Assembly: GCA_963769935.1 (NCBI GenBank)
Contig: CAVYNY010000022.1
Location: 608,001 to 672,000, forward strand
Direction: 5' to 3'
Source: an uncultured delta proteobacterium
Lineage (GTDB): Bacteria > Desulfobacterota > Desulfobacteria > Desulfobacterales > JAFDCJ01
DNA: 64,000 bases
Positions 41,371 to 51,988 of this stretch are shown piece by piece. The notes under the pieces were generated by a model. It searched no databases. It saw only the letters and a list, made by a program, of their open reading frames with translations, and was not told where the DNA came from. The translations under genes were made by a program, and so were the position numbers. The stretch's first letter is position 1, and each line of letters begins with the position of its first letter.

Positions 41371-41577
41371 TTATGATCTTATAAAATAAGGCAATGCGAC
41401 CAAAATGAGACCTGACAGAATCATGATATATATATTTGAAATAAAATAGGGAAATGCCATTAGCCCGATACCGCTTAAAATCGGAATAATTGCTTTTTGT
41501 TTTTTGCCGTATACAAAAAACCCCAAACCGATTGACCCAAATATAATTCCCCAAATTAAAGTCGATGCAGTATTCAT
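41371..41577 (-). CDS. Small membrane protein
   Basis: FGSIGLGFFVYGKKQ..FPYF; three hydrophobic helices. Confidence 0.8.
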   Translation of the reverse strand: MNTASTLIWGIIFGSIGLGFFVYGKKQKAIIPILSGIGLMAFPYFISNIYIMILSGLILVALPYFIRS

Positions 41578-41747
41578 TTATAGTCTTTCATATCTTTGAA
41601 TTCGTTTTCTACTAAAAATTCTACCGTTTTGGGGTTGTCAATGCAACAAAAACCTGTCCGAGTTCATTAACTATATGATATGATTGAGGTTTGCAGACTT
41701 ACAGATACGTAAAACCGCATCCTTTTCCCGTCTGGTTCATCCATTGG

Positions 41748-42164
41748 TCAGGCATCCTTGGCCCGCTTGCGCGACAGACCTTCAAGGTGCTCTCGGCGCG
41801 CTTCGCTTCGACGGGCCTGGTCCTTACGCCGACAACTTCTACAGCGTGTAGCGGTGGAGTAGACGTAACCTTTGGCAATCTCATACCACCACTTCTGTTG
41901 CGTCGCCGTCCAGACTTCTTCCTTTCCGCAGTCTTTGCACCGAAACGGCGTGGCTACGTAGTAACCACGATAGACGAACTGCGGGGCCCCGTAGCTATTG
42001 TACGGGCGGAGCGCGCTTTCGTTCACAACCACGACTCTTCTCCCCAGCGGTTCCCGGTGCGCTGCTTGTTCGCGCTCCGCACGTCTTGCAGAGCGCTCAG
42101 CGCGCCGAGCCTTGATTTGTGTTCGGCGTTCCCGTCCGCTCGTCATTTTGTTGACCCTTATCAT
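41748..42164 (-). CDS. Zinc-ribbon domain protein
   Basis: F.CKDCG....WTA.QQKWWYE, RCRSCR. Confidence 0.85.
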   Translation of the reverse strand: MIRVNKMTSGRERRTQIKARRAERSARRAEREQAAHREPLGRRVVVVNESALRPYNSYGAPQFVYRGYYVATPFRCKDCGKEEVWTATQQKWWYEIAKGYVYSTATRCRSCRRKDQARRSEARREHLEGLSRKRAKDA

Positions 42165-42559
42165 CCGCAGCCACAGCCGCAGTTACACTCTCCGCCGCCA
42201 TGCGCGGTCATATCGGCCAGGGCGCGCACGATGTCCCTGCTGTCAACAGCCGATATTTCACAGATTTTGGCTTTCAAGTATACCCCATCCCGGCCTTCAA
42301 AAAGGTCCCAAATCGGCGGAAGCAAATGTTCGAAGAATTTGTGGAGCGTTTCCCTTTCCAGATGAAGTAGAATTTCTTCGCCTGCCGCTTTTTCCACCAA
42401 TTCGTATTCAAAAGGCGTCATGCCCTCCGGGGCCAGGCCGAAGATGAATTGAAATTCGGGGTGCTTCGGGATGAGGTCCATCCTGTCTGGTGAAGTGCCG
42501 GCCCGGACGGTGAGGGTGATTTTTTTGAGAGGTTCTACTTTGGTCATATTCGACCTCAT
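42161..42559 (-). CDS. Degenerate FKBP/SlyD-like protein with a Cys-rich tail
   Basis: FQFIFG..G..PFEYEL..K..GEE; C-terminal HGGGECNCGCGCG. Confidence 0.6.
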   Translation of the reverse strand: MRSNMTKVEPLKKITLTVRAGTSPDRMDLIPKHPEFQFIFGLAPEGMTPFEYELVEKAAGEEILLHLERETLHKFFEHLLPPIWDLFEGRDGVYLKAKICEISAVDSRDIVRALADMTAHGGGECNCGCGCG

Positions 42560-42573
42560 TTTTAGGTTTGTAA

Positions 42574-42725
42574 TCTCACGCCCGCTTCGCTCGAGTTCGC
42601 AGAGGGCGCAGAGGCGATTTGTTTTTGTGGTCTGATTTTAAAAGAGAAAAAAAATCAGGCCAATTTGAAAGTCCCTGATTGGCTATTTTAGGTTTCTCTG
42701 TGTTCTTCGCGATCTCTGTGAGAGA
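42574..42725. repeat. Inverted cgcagag / ctctgtg micro-repeat element
   Basis: tctcac..cgcagagggcgcagag versus ctctgtgttcttcgcgatctctgtgaga; similar arm near 63784. Confidence 0.6.
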
Positions 42726-42750
42726 TAATTCTTATCATATTTCCCTCCGT

Positions 42751-43716
42751 TCAATCCAGGTGCCTGGGCGGTTTGCCGATTTTGTCTCCCAGCGCTCTTT
42801 CCCGGTTTTCCACGATTAAGTCCGCTATTTCACTGATCGCATTTTTAAGCCACATGGCGGTTTGGGAGCCCTCGATGTAGTTGGCTTCGCCGAACGACTG
42901 CACCCGGCCCTGCTTTTGAAGGTTGTTGACCTGGGAGAATTCTTCTTTCGAACCGGGGCGGTAGACGGCAAAGGTTCGACCTCCGAAGCGGTTGACAATC
43001 GAAAACACGGGAACGTCGCTCGGCCCGTCGGCGACATAGATCATGTTCTGAAAGGGTACGCGGCGATCCTCGTCCGGAATCTTGGCGTTGACATCGATAT
43101 CCGGGATTTTGTTGCTGCCCTTGTTGATTTCAAATATGGCCCTGGTTTTGGTGGTGTTGTCCAGGGCATAGGCCAGCTGCGAAATGATTTTCGGCGGCGC
43201 CGGCTTGCCGGACTTGGACGGTGTCAGATAGCCGGGCGGCGGCGGCTGCTCCACGAACTCACAGCCCCAGACACCATCGATGTAGGGTGCAATCTCACTG
43301 CCCAGTATCATTTGCAGCAGGCCGGTGGAGACAACATAGTGCTCGACCTGGATTTCATGCTGCCGGTAGCCGGGGTTGTCCCGCACAAAATTTTTTACCT
43401 CATCGAAAAAGCCCGGCAGTCCCTGATAAAATTTTATCTCAGCTCCCAGCGAGCGCAAGGTGTGGTTGTTCAGCCCTTTGAAGACGCCTTCCCGGGTGTA
43501 GGTTAGAATGTGATTGAGGTAGGCCGTGTCGGAGGCAATCATTTCCAGACCGCTTTTGCGGTAGTAATTCGGCAGCCCGGCGACTTCCTGCCAGAATATT
43601 TTAGGATCGACCTGGTAGTACGCGAAAAGCGGCTCCTGCATGTAGCCGGGGATCAGGGTTTTATCGAAGTCCCAGATGCAGGCGATGATATTTTGCAAGA
43701 AAAGTGGTTGGGGCAT
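42751..43716 (-). CDS. HAD-like hydrolase
   Basis: WDFDKTL, VSTG, KTRAIFEINKG, ADGPSDVP. Confidence 0.9.
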   Translation of the reverse strand: MPQPLFLQNIIACIWDFDKTLIPGYMQEPLFAYYQVDPKIFWQEVAGLPNYYRKSGLEMIASDTAYLNHILTYTREGVFKGLNNHTLRSLGAEIKFYQGLPGFFDEVKNFVRDNPGYRQHEIQVEHYVVSTGLLQMILGSEIAPYIDGVWGCEFVEQPPPPGYLTPSKSGKPAPPKIISQLAYALDNTTKTRAIFEINKGSNKIPDIDVNAKIPDEDRRVPFQNMIYVADGPSDVPVFSIVNRFGGRTFAVYRPGSKEEFSQVNNLQKQGRVQSFGEANYIEGSQTAMWLKNAISEIADLIVENRERALGDKIGKPPRHLD

Positions 43717-43789
43717 CCTGTTACCTATCGGAAACAATTTCAGGTTCTAGATTTCGGATTTCGGAATTAGAACAAGGGAGGAAATCCGA

Positions 43790-44005
43790 TTATTCCACTG
43801 CAGCCAGCGCAGCGCCGGCCCGATACCCTTGCGAACGGCGGCCAGCGGGTACATCAGCCAGGGATCGGTCAGGGTGCTGAGCATATAACCCACAGCCGGA
43901 TTTTCCCAGGACCACGTCATGGGGGGCTCCTTACCGGTACCTTTCTCAGGGCTGACGCCGTAGATCATCACGGTGGTGTCCATGGTCATTCCGACGCCGG
44001 CGCCG
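43790..44005 (-). pseudogene. Internal fragment, probably of a GMC/FAD-dependent oxidoreductase
   Basis: AGVGMTMDTTVMIYG..KEPPM...GYMLS; protein-like but has no proper ends. Confidence 0.45.
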
Positions 44006-44049
44006 CAGGTGAAATTTTTGCCTTGTTGTTTACTTCGGGCCGGGATTCT

Positions 44050-44619
44050 TTACTGCATTTTCATTTTATCTACCACAATCCAGGCGGTGTAGCGGCCGTC
44101 GCTTTCAATGGCGGGCCGATATCCATGGTCGGCGATCATATCGTGTATTTTTTCGGGGGCGTAAAAATGGCTGCGCATCAACAGCAACTTTTCAATCAGG
44201 GCCAGAACCTTGACTCCTTTGTGATTAAAATCGGGCTCTTCGATGACCAGTCGGCCGCCGGGTTTGAGAACGCGCAGCATATCTTCGATCGCCTCCTGCT
44301 GGTCGCAGAAGTGATGCAGTGCGTCAACCACCAGTATCCGGTCGAAACAGCCGTCGCTGAACGGCAGACGCTCGATATGGGCACAAACGGGGTTTAACTG
44401 CTTCTCCAGCGCCTTTTGCAGCATGCGCCGGGACAAGTCGCTGATGACGGTATGGCCCGCCAGTGACCGGAGATGCGCTGAAACCCGGCCGGTTCCGCCG
44501 CCGCCGTCCAGCAGCCAACCTGCGGTCGGCAGTCGCAAAAGCTGCCGCAGACGCCCGGTGTCCGGCGGACCGATCAGACGGTCGTAGATGGAGGCGATGA
44601 AGTCGAAATGATCGAGCAT
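44050..44619 (-). CDS. Class I SAM methyltransferase
   Basis: LDGGGGTG, DLS..ML, LPF, RVLKPGG. Confidence 0.92.
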   Translation of the reverse strand: MLDHFDFIASIYDRLIGPPDTGRLRQLLRLPTAGWLLDGGGGTGRVSAHLRSLAGHTVISDLSRRMLQKALEKQLNPVCAHIERLPFSDGCFDRILVVDALHHFCDQQEAIEDMLRVLKPGGRLVIEEPDFNHKGVKVLALIEKLLLMRSHFYAPEKIHDMIADHGYRPAIESDGRYTAWIVVDKMKMQ

Positions 44620-44922
44620 GGGGCATCCAGTATAAATTCGTACTTTTGGAATTTGATCATACTTGGCGGCCGGCCGACATGCAAGAACATTTATTCATTG
44701 TCGCAATCTGTCAGATATGCACAGGGCCCTAACTATCCGCCGTGCACTGCAGTATTGATTTAATCAACCAATTACGCTATTCTAATTTTAATCGGTGCTG
44801 GTCAACATTCTTTTGCTTTTTCAGCAAGCATTTACATCAGATGGGACCCTGCCGGTTTTCTGACAGGGTTTTAGACCCCAAGCAGACGATTTGGCATCGG
44901 GTCCCGCGCGTCAGGAGAGTCC

Positions 44923-45432
44923 GTGATGACACACTGTGTGTTGTTAAATGCCGACTACACGTTTTTAAATCTGGTAAACTGGAAGCGGGCGATTTGTTTG
45001 ATGGCCAAAGGCAAGGTGGAGGTGGTAAAAGACTCCCAGCGCACCGTTCGCAATGCCAGCGGCGGGGAGTTGAAAGTTCCGGCCGTGATGCGGCTGATCA
45101 AGCTGATCCGAACCATTTATCGAACCAGTGTCACCTTTACCAAAAGAAACGTACTGATCAGAGATCATTTCAAATGCGCTTACTGCGGCGCCAGCAAGGA
45201 AAGGCTGTCCATTGATCACATCATACCCAAATCAAGGGGGGGCAAGATGACGTTTGAAAATTGCGTGGCAGCCTGTAAGGCATGCAATTTGGAAAAAGGC
45301 GGCCGCACCCCCAGTGAAGCGCGAATGTATCTCAAGTTTAAACCCTATCAGCCGACCATTTCCGAATTTTTGCGATTAAAATTTGAAAGTCTGGGCATTC
45401 ACGATGTCCTGCGGGAACTGGGTGTCTTCTAA
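44923..45432 (+). CDS. HNH endonuclease (McrA/HNH_5-like)
   Basis: VLLNADY, RD..KCAYCG, IDHIIPKSRGG, NCVAACKACN..K. Confidence 0.93.
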   Translation: MMTHCVLLNADYTFLNLVNWKRAICLMAKGKVEVVKDSQRTVRNASGGELKVPAVMRLIKLIRTIYRTSVTFTKRNVLIRDHFKCAYCGASKERLSIDHIIPKSRGGKMTFENCVAACKACNLEKGGRTPSEARMYLKFKPYQPTISEFLRLKFESLGIHDVLRELGVF

Positions 45433-45546
45433 CCCGGTCCTTAATCCCGGCAAGCCGGCCGGCGCCTATCGGAGATCACGGCCTATAGGGGAGCCCCAAA
45501 AGGACGATTCAACCACCATCCAAACGAATTAAAGAATGAGGAGAAT

Positions 45547-46927
45547 ATGAAGATAATTGTTGTCGGTACCGGATACGTTGGTCTCGTGCATGCAGCGGTG
45601 TGCTCGGAGTACGGCCATGAAGTCAACGCGCACGATATAGACAAGGAGAAGATCGACGCCTTTTCCAGCGGGCAGGCCGATCAGATTGAAAAACACGTCA
45701 ACGAGCCCGGTCTGGTCAATATTATCCGGGATACCCTCGGAAAATCCCTGTTTTTTTCCCATGATTTCAAAGCCATTATGGAAGGGACCGATGCGATTTT
45801 TATGTGTCTGCCGACGCCTTCCAATATTGACGGATCTACCAACCTGATGTTTTATGATGCCGCGGCCGAGCGCATTGCGGAAGTACTTGCCGGCAGAAAA
45901 GATAAGCGCCGGGTGGTTCTGGTGAACAAAAGCACGGTCCCCATCGGCACGGCGCGGCATCTGGAAGATATATTGCGGACCCACGAGGTTGAAAATTTCG
46001 GGGTGGCCTCCAATCCGGAGTTTCTGGCCGAAGGCACCGCGGTGGTGGACGCGCGGCGGCCGGACCGGGTGGTGGTGGGCTGCGACACGGCTGAAGACTT
46101 CAACATCCTGAGGCGGGTCTACTCGCAGTTTGTGCATCATGTGCGCATCAAATACATCGAGACCACGCCGGAGACGGCCGAGGCCATCAAATACGTGGCC
46201 AACAGCATGCTGCTGACCTATATTTCCTTCTGGAACGGTGTCGGCGCTAAAATCGGCGAAAAAATGGTCAACGTCAACATCGATGACCTCCGGCTCGGGG
46301 TGACGGCCGACGACCGCATCAGCACCTGGGGTTCGTTTGTCAGCAACGGCGCGGGGGGCAGTTGTTTCGGCAAAGATATCGCATCCCTTATTTATCAGAT
46401 GCGCCGGGTGAACGTGAGTACCAAGATGCTGGAGGCGTCTTTTGAAGTCAACGAGTACCAAAAGGTTTATCTGATTGACCGGGCCATTACCGAAGCCGGG
46501 TTCAAATTCAACAACAAGACCGTGGCCGTGATAGGTCTGGCTTTCAAAAAGCACACCAATGACATGCGGGATGCCTCCTCCATAAAAGTCATCGAATCCC
46601 TGCTCGGGAAAGGGGTGGCCGCCATCCATGCCTATGATCCGCTGGCCAATGACACGGCCAGGGTGGTTTTTGATCCCTCCAAAAACATTCTGTTTGAAAA
46701 GATTAAATATTTTAACTCTGCCAAAGAAGCCATCCTCCAAATCTCACGCACTTTTCATATCTTCGGACTGTGAGGAGTTCAGAGGTTTTTCCCGCACCAT
46801 TGAAGATACGGTGAAACCTCCCTATCTGGTGATGGACGGAAGACGCATGATTCCCGATTACGGCGAGCTGCTGGCCAAAAAATACTCATACCTGGCCGTC
46901 GGCTCAATGGTAATGACGCCGGCGTAA
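45547..46927 (+). CDS. ugd: UDP-glucose/GDP-mannose dehydrogenase (apparent +1 frameshift near 46735)
   Basis: GTGYVG, KSTVP, NPEFL, GGSCFGKD, GLAFK; the DGRR tail lies in another frame. Confidence 0.9.
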
Positions 46928-47052
46928 GGCGGGAAATTGAATATTGAAAATTGAATACTTGCGGCTGTCGCTCCGTCATACTTTTGATGGAACTTTTTTA
47001 AATTTGGAGAATTCCTCAAATATTCAATTGAAAGGTCAGGGCCAAAGACATC

Positions 47053-47943
47053 ATGAAAGGGATAATCCTGGCGGGTGGATCGGGTTCAAGACTGTATCCG
47101 CTAACCCTCGGCGTCAGCAAACAGCTGTTGCCGGTATATGACAAACCCATGATATATTACCCGCTGTCAGTGTTAATGACGGCGGGAATCCGCGATATTT
47201 TATTCATATCCACGCCGCACGATCTGCCGATTTTTCGTAAAATCCTCGGCGACGGTTCGCATTTGGGTATGTCGTTTTACTATGCCGAACAGCCGCGCCC
47301 CGAAGGGCTGGCCCAGGCCTTTGTCATCGGGCGCTCATTTATCGGGCACGATCCGGTCTGTCTGATTCTCGGGGATAATATTTTCTACGGTCAGGGTCTT
47401 TCCAACATCCTGCAACGTGCCGTCCTAATTTCAAAAGGCGGCCTGATTTTCGGATACCTGGTGCGCGATCCCGAAAGATACGGCGTTGTCGAATTCAATG
47501 CGGACGGCCTGGTAACGGACATTATCGAAAAACCCCAAAAACCGCGTTCGCACTATGCGGTGCCCGGACTTTATTTTTATGACAATGAGGTCGTGGATAT
47601 CGCCCGGGATCTGAAGCCTTCGGCGCGCGGCGAACTGGAGATCACCGACGTCAACCTGGCCTATTTGAAGCGCGGCGATTTGAAGGTAGAACTGTTGGGA
47701 AGGGGCTTTGCCTGGCTGGATACCGGAACCCATGAAGCTCTCCAGCAGGCTGCCAGCTACGTGCAGGCGATTCAGGAAAGGCAGGGTCTGAAAATATCCT
47801 GTGTGGAAGAGGTCGCCTTTCGACAGGGATACATCGACAGTGAGCAGCTCAGGCTGCTGGCCTCCAATTACAAGCAAAATGACTACGGGCGCTATCTAGT
47901 AGATATCGCCGACGAGGAGGATGGAATTGGCCTGAGTTTTTAG
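47053..47943 (+). CDS. rfbA: Glucose-1-phosphate thymidylyltransferase
   Basis: [41 protein letters not shown]. Confidence 0.97.
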   Translation: MKGIILAGGSGSRLYPLTLGVSKQLLPVYDKPMIYYPLSVLMTAGIRDILFISTPHDLPIFRKILGDGSHLGMSFYYAEQPRPEGLAQAFVIGRSFIGHDPVCLILGDNIFYGQGLSNILQRAVLISKGGLIFGYLVRDPERYGVVEFNADGLVTDIIEKPQKPRSHYAVPGLYFYDNEVVDIARDLKPSARGELEITDVNLAYLKRGDLKVELLGRGFAWLDTGTHEALQQAASYVQAIQERQGLKISCVEEVAFRQGYIDSEQLRLLASNYKQNDYGRYLVDIADEEDGIGLSF

Positions 47944-47944
47944 C

Positions 47945-48325
47945 GTTTAGGCCTATAGCTCATAGCTTGTTGGGTTTCTGGATGCTGGATGCTGCGATAC
48001 TGGATACGGGATGGTAGATTGTAATGGGTGCAGGCTATAAGGTTTAAGGCCCAAGGCATACGGCGCACGGCGAACGGTATATGGTTTAAGGTGTAAGGTC
48101 TAAGGTTAAAGGCCAAAGGCTAAAAGCTATAGGCGGCGGGCACAATTTCTCACCTTCTCCCCTTCTTTTTTTGCCTTGTGCCTTGTGCCGTGGGCCTTTC
48201 GCCTATCCCATAGCACCTTCCCAACCTCTCAACTTCTGTCCTCCGCCCTCGGTCTTCTGACTATGCACTATGAGCTATCAGCTATGAGCGGTTTTATCTG
48301 TCCTCCGTCTTCTGTCTTCTGATAT
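47945..48325. repeat. Mosaic of several heptamer micro-repeat families
   Basis: ctggatg, NNtaagg versus gccttgt, ctatgag, tctgtcc tracts. Confidence 0.75.
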
Positions 48326-48329
48326 TTCC

Positions 48330-48358
48330 TTGACACACTCCCGGATACAGAGTACAAA
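48330..48358 (+). promoter_or_regulatory. Sigma70 promoter of ileS
   Basis: TTGACA-17 nt-TACAAA. Confidence 0.55.
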
Positions 48359-48395
48359 TCAACGTTTAAAAAATTATCCGAAGCAGGGGGATTCA

Positions 48396-51191
48396 ATGGA
48401 CTATAAAAAGACACTCAACCTTCCGTCAACCCAGTTTCCCATGAAAGCCAGCCTGGCCAAACGGGAACCGGAACAGCTGGCAATATGGCAGCAAACCCGT
48501 CTGTACGATAAGATCCGTGAGGATTCCAAAGGCAGGGAGCAGTTTATCCTACACGACGGCCCCCCCTATGCCAACGGATATATTCATATTGGAACCGCCC
48601 TCAACAAAATACTGAAAGACATCATTGTCCGCTCAAAGCAGATGGCCGGCTACGATGCCATTTACGTGCCGGGCTGGGACTGCCATGGACTTCCCATCGA
48701 GCATAACGTCGATAAAGAGCTCGGGCATAAAAAGAAAGAACTGAGCATGCCCCAGGTGCGCCGGTTGTGTCGGGCCTATGCCGAAAAGTATATCGACATC
48801 CAGCGTGAAGAATTCAAGCGGCTGGGAGTGATGGGCGTCTGGGATGATCCTTATCTGACCATGAACTATGATTATGAAGCCACCATCGCCCGGGAATGCG
48901 GCAAATTCGCCCTGAACGGCGGTCTGTTTCGCAGCAAAAAACCGATTTACTGGTGTTATACCTGCCAGACTGCTCTGGCCGAAGCTGAAATCGAATATCA
49001 AGATGATACCACGCCTTCGATTTATGTAAAATTTCGGCTGAAGGACGATCTCAGCAGCGAGCTGCCCGAACTGGCCGGCAAAAAGGTTTACGTGGTCATC
49101 TGGACCACCACCCCGTGGACAATTCCGGCCAATCTGGCCATTGCACTGCACCCCGACTTTGAATACGCAGCCGTGGATACCGGCGACGAGGTGTATATTA
49201 TGGCGCGGGAACTTGTCGAGGCCTGCATGCGGACCTTCGGCATCGCCGAATATTCCGTCATCGGCAGCCTCGATCCCCGGATCCTGGAGAAAAAACGCTG
49301 CACCCACCCGCTGTATCCACGTGATTCCCTGATCATCCTGGGACCGCATGTCACCCTGGATGCCGGCACCGGCTGCGTGCATACCGCCCCCGGCCACGGT
49401 CGCGAAGATCACGAGGTGGGTTTGCTGTACGATCTGGAAGTCTACTCGCCGGTAGACAACAAGGGCTGCTTTACCGATGAGGTTGAATTTTTCCAAGGAC
49501 AATTTGTCTTTGACGCCAATAAAAGCATCAACGCCAAACTCAAGGAGGCCGGTGCGCTGGTCAAGGAGGAAAGTTTTGAGCATTCCTATCCGCATTGCTG
49601 GCGCTGCAAACAGCCGGTCATTTTCCGGGCGACGCCCCAGTGGTTTATCTCTATGGAAAAAAATGATCTGCGCAAAAATTCGCTGGCGGCCATCGACACC
49701 GTCAAATGGATACCCCACTGGGGGCGTGACAGAATTTACGGCATGATTGAAAACCGGCCGGACTGGTGCGTTTCACGGCAGCGGGCCTGGGGGGTGCCGA
49801 TCACGGTCTTTTATTGTGACCAATGCGAGACGCTGCTGCTGGATCAGCAGATCATGGAAAATATCTATCAGATGTTTGAAGCCCACGGTGCGGATATCTG
49901 GTTCGAAAAAGATGTCGACGAGCTGTTGCCGGACAACGTCGTCTGCCGGGCGTGCGGCAATAAAAGTTTCGTTAAAGAAACCGACATTCTGGACGTCTGG
50001 TTTGATTCCGGGGTGAGTCATGCCGCGGTGCTCGAGCACCGGCCCTATTTAAGATGGCCGGCGGATCTTTACCTGGAGGGCAGCGATCAGCACCGCGGAT
50101 GGTTTCACAGCGCCCTGCTGACGGCAGTCGGCACACGCCAACGGGCACCCTACGAAGCCGTTTTAACCCACGGCTTCGTGGTGGACGCCGAAGGACACAA
50201 GATGTCCAAGTCCATCGGCAACGTCATCTCTCCCAGTGAGGTGATCGAAAAATACGGTGCCGAAATTCTGCGTCTCTGGGTTTCTGCATCGGACTACCGG
50301 GAGGATATTCGCATATCCGACAACATCTTAAAGCAGCTCAGCGACGCCTACCGGCGCATCCGAAACACGAGCCGCTTTATGCTGGGCAACCTCTATGATT
50401 TCGATCCCGATCAAACCGCAGTGGCCTATGAATCCATGCTGGAAGTCGATCGTTTTGCGCTGCACAAGCTGCAGCTGCTGGCCGAAAAAGCGCGCAAAGC
50501 CTATGATACCTATGAGTTTCATGTGATCTATCATGCCCTTTATAACTACTGTACGCTGGATCTCTCGGCATTTTACCTGGATATCCTCAAGGATCGGTTG
50601 TACACCTCTCCGCCGCAATCCGTAGCGCGCCGAAGCGCCCAGAGCGTTTTGCATATTATCCTGGACACCATTGCGCGCCTGATGGCACCGATTTTGCCGT
50701 TCACTTCCGATGAAATCTGGCAGTACATGCCGGTCCGCAGCGGCAAAGAATCCAATATTCATCTGTCCCGGCTGCCGGAGGTAAATCCCTCCTTCAAGGA
50801 TGAGGCTCTGGCCGGCCGGTGGGAATTTCTGCTGAAAGTGCGCGGGGAAGTCACCCGGGCCCTGGAGGAGGCGCGTGCTCAAAAGCTGATCGGACATCCC
50901 CTGGACGCCGCGGTGACCATCTCGGCCCAAGGGGCGGCCTTTGACGCCCTGGAACCGCTGGCAGCCGATTTAAGATCATTGCTGATCGTATCCAAAGCCG
51001 AGCTGGTCAGGGGTGAAGCCCTGAACGGTGCGTTCAGGGGCATTGAAATCGAAGACTTGCTGATTAAAGTGGCGCCGGCGCCGGGCGATAAATGTGAACG
51101 CTGCTGGGTACATGAAACCTCGGTTGGAAACGACAGCGAGCAGCCGACCATCTGTCATCGCTGCCGGGATGCCCTGACCCAGATCGGATAG
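48396..51191 (+). CDS. ileS: Isoleucine--tRNA ligase
   Basis: [12 protein letters not shown] (HIGH), [14 protein letters not shown]-terminal CERC..CHRC. Confidence 0.98.
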   Translation: MDYKKTLNLPSTQFPMKASLAKREPEQLAIWQQTRLYDKIREDSKGREQFILHDGPPYANGYIHIGTALNKILKDIIVRSKQMAGYDAIYVPGWDCHGLPIEHNVDKELGHKKKELSMPQVRRLCRAYAEKYIDIQREEFKRLGVMGVWDDPYLTMNYDYEATIARECGKFALNGGLFRSKKPIYWCYTCQTALAEAEIEYQDDTTPSIYVKFRLKDDLSSELPELAGKKVYVVIWTTTPWTIPANLAIALHPDFEYAAVDTGDEVYIMARELVEACMRTFGIAEYSVIGSLDPRILEKKRCTHPLYPRDSLIILGPHVTLDAGTGCVHTAPGHGREDHEVGLLYDLEVYSPVDNKGCFTDEVEFFQGQFVFDANKSINAKLKEAGALVKEESFEHSYPHCWRCKQPVIFRATPQWFISMEKNDLRKNSLAAIDTVKWIPHWGRDRIYGMIENRPDWCVSRQRAWGVPITVFYCDQCETLLLDQQIMENIYQMFEAHGADIWFEKDVDELLPDNVVCRACGNKSFVKETDILDVWFDSGVSHAAVLEHRPYLRWPADLYLEGSDQHRGWFHSALLTAVGTRQRAPYEAVLTHGFVVDAEGHKMSKSIGNVISPSEVIEKYGAEILRLWVSASDYREDIRISDNILKQLSDAYRRIRNTSRFMLGNLYDFDPDQTAVAYESMLEVDRFALHKLQLLAEKARKAYDTYEFHVIYHALYNYCTLDLSAFYLDILKDRLYTSPPQSVARRSAQSVLHIILDTIARLMAPILPFTSDEIWQYMPVRSGKESNIHLSRLPEVNPSFKDEALAGRWEFLLKVRGEVTRALEEARAQKLIGHPLDAAVTISAQGAAFDALEPLAADLRSLLIVSKAELVRGEALNGAFRGIEIEDLLIKVAPAPGDKCERCWVHETSVGNDSEQPTICHRCRDALTQIG

Positions 51192-51204
51192 ATCCTTATT
51201 TGAC

Positions 51205-51690
51205 ATGCTGCTAAACAAATATTCAAGACTGGCAATCGTGGCCGGAATGGTCGTGTCGGCAGACCAGATTTCCAAAGCGCTCATTCTAAACAACCTGCCG
51301 CTGCACCACAGCATTCCGGTCATTGCCGGTTTGTTTGATATCACCCACATACTCAATCCGGGCGGGGCCTTCGGCCTTATGGCCGATATGAGCGTGGTTG
51401 TGCGTACCATTGTTTTTCTCTTTATCTCCTCGATGGCCGTGGGATTGATTTTCTATTTCTACTACAAGACGCCCCCGACCTATAAGCTGCTGGCAACCGG
51501 ATTTGCCCTGATATTCGGCGGCGCCATTGGAAACCTGATCGACAGGGTTCGCTTCGGCACCGTGATCGACTTCCTGGATTTTTACATCGGCAATCATCAT
51601 TGGCCGGCCTTTAACATTGCCGACAGCGCGATTACGGTGGGTATTCTTATTTTCATATACCATCTGGTGTTTAAGAAAATGCCGGATTGA
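51205..51690 (+). CDS. lspA: Lipoprotein signal peptidase II
   Basis: DQISK, NPGGAFG, GNLIDR, VIDF, FNIAD; follows ileS. Confidence 0.97.
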   Translation: MLLNKYSRLAIVAGMVVSADQISKALILNNLPLHHSIPVIAGLFDITHILNPGGAFGLMADMSVVVRTIVFLFISSMAVGLIFYFYYKTPPTYKLLATGFALIFGGAIGNLIDRVRFGTVIDFLDFYIGNHHWPAFNIADSAITVGILIFIYHLVFKKMPD

Positions 51691-51760
51691 ACAACCGCGA
51701 ATCGTAAGACCGCGGTCTCAGAGATCGAGGTCGGGATATTGAATACCTATAATATCACAA

Positions 51761-51977
51761 GGGAGTATTGGAGTGTTGGAGTACTGGAGTATTGGACTAA
51801 ATCCAGGACGGCGTAAATACAGGCTGCTTAAAAAAAGCGGACTTGGTGCGTTTTTCGGAGGACGTTTTTGATTTAAGTATCAGTCCCGGAATATAATTCC
51901 TGTCAACTGATACGCGCACCCAACTTCCGAGTAGCGTTATTCCATTACTCCATCACTCCAATACTCCAGCACTCCAC
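51761..51977. repeat. Inverted octamer micro-repeat element (tggagtrt family), copy 2
   Basis: gggagtat-tggagtgt-tggagtac-tggagtat ... tattccat-tactccat-cactccaa-tactccag-cactccac. Confidence 0.85.
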
Positions 51978-51988
51978 AATTTTTAATC

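Noticed and set aside
42158..42163. Selenocysteine read-through at GGA-TGA-TAA after the Cys tail
   Set aside because: No convincing SECIS hairpin; the TGA is explained by an ATGA overlap with the next gene
44755..44767. FNR box
   Set aside because: TTGAT-N3-ATCAA has the wrong spacing (N4 needed)
44923..45432. IscB, Cas9-like or HEARO element
   Set aside because: Only 169 aa, with no RuvC or PLMP motifs; the upstream structure is far shorter than an omega RNA
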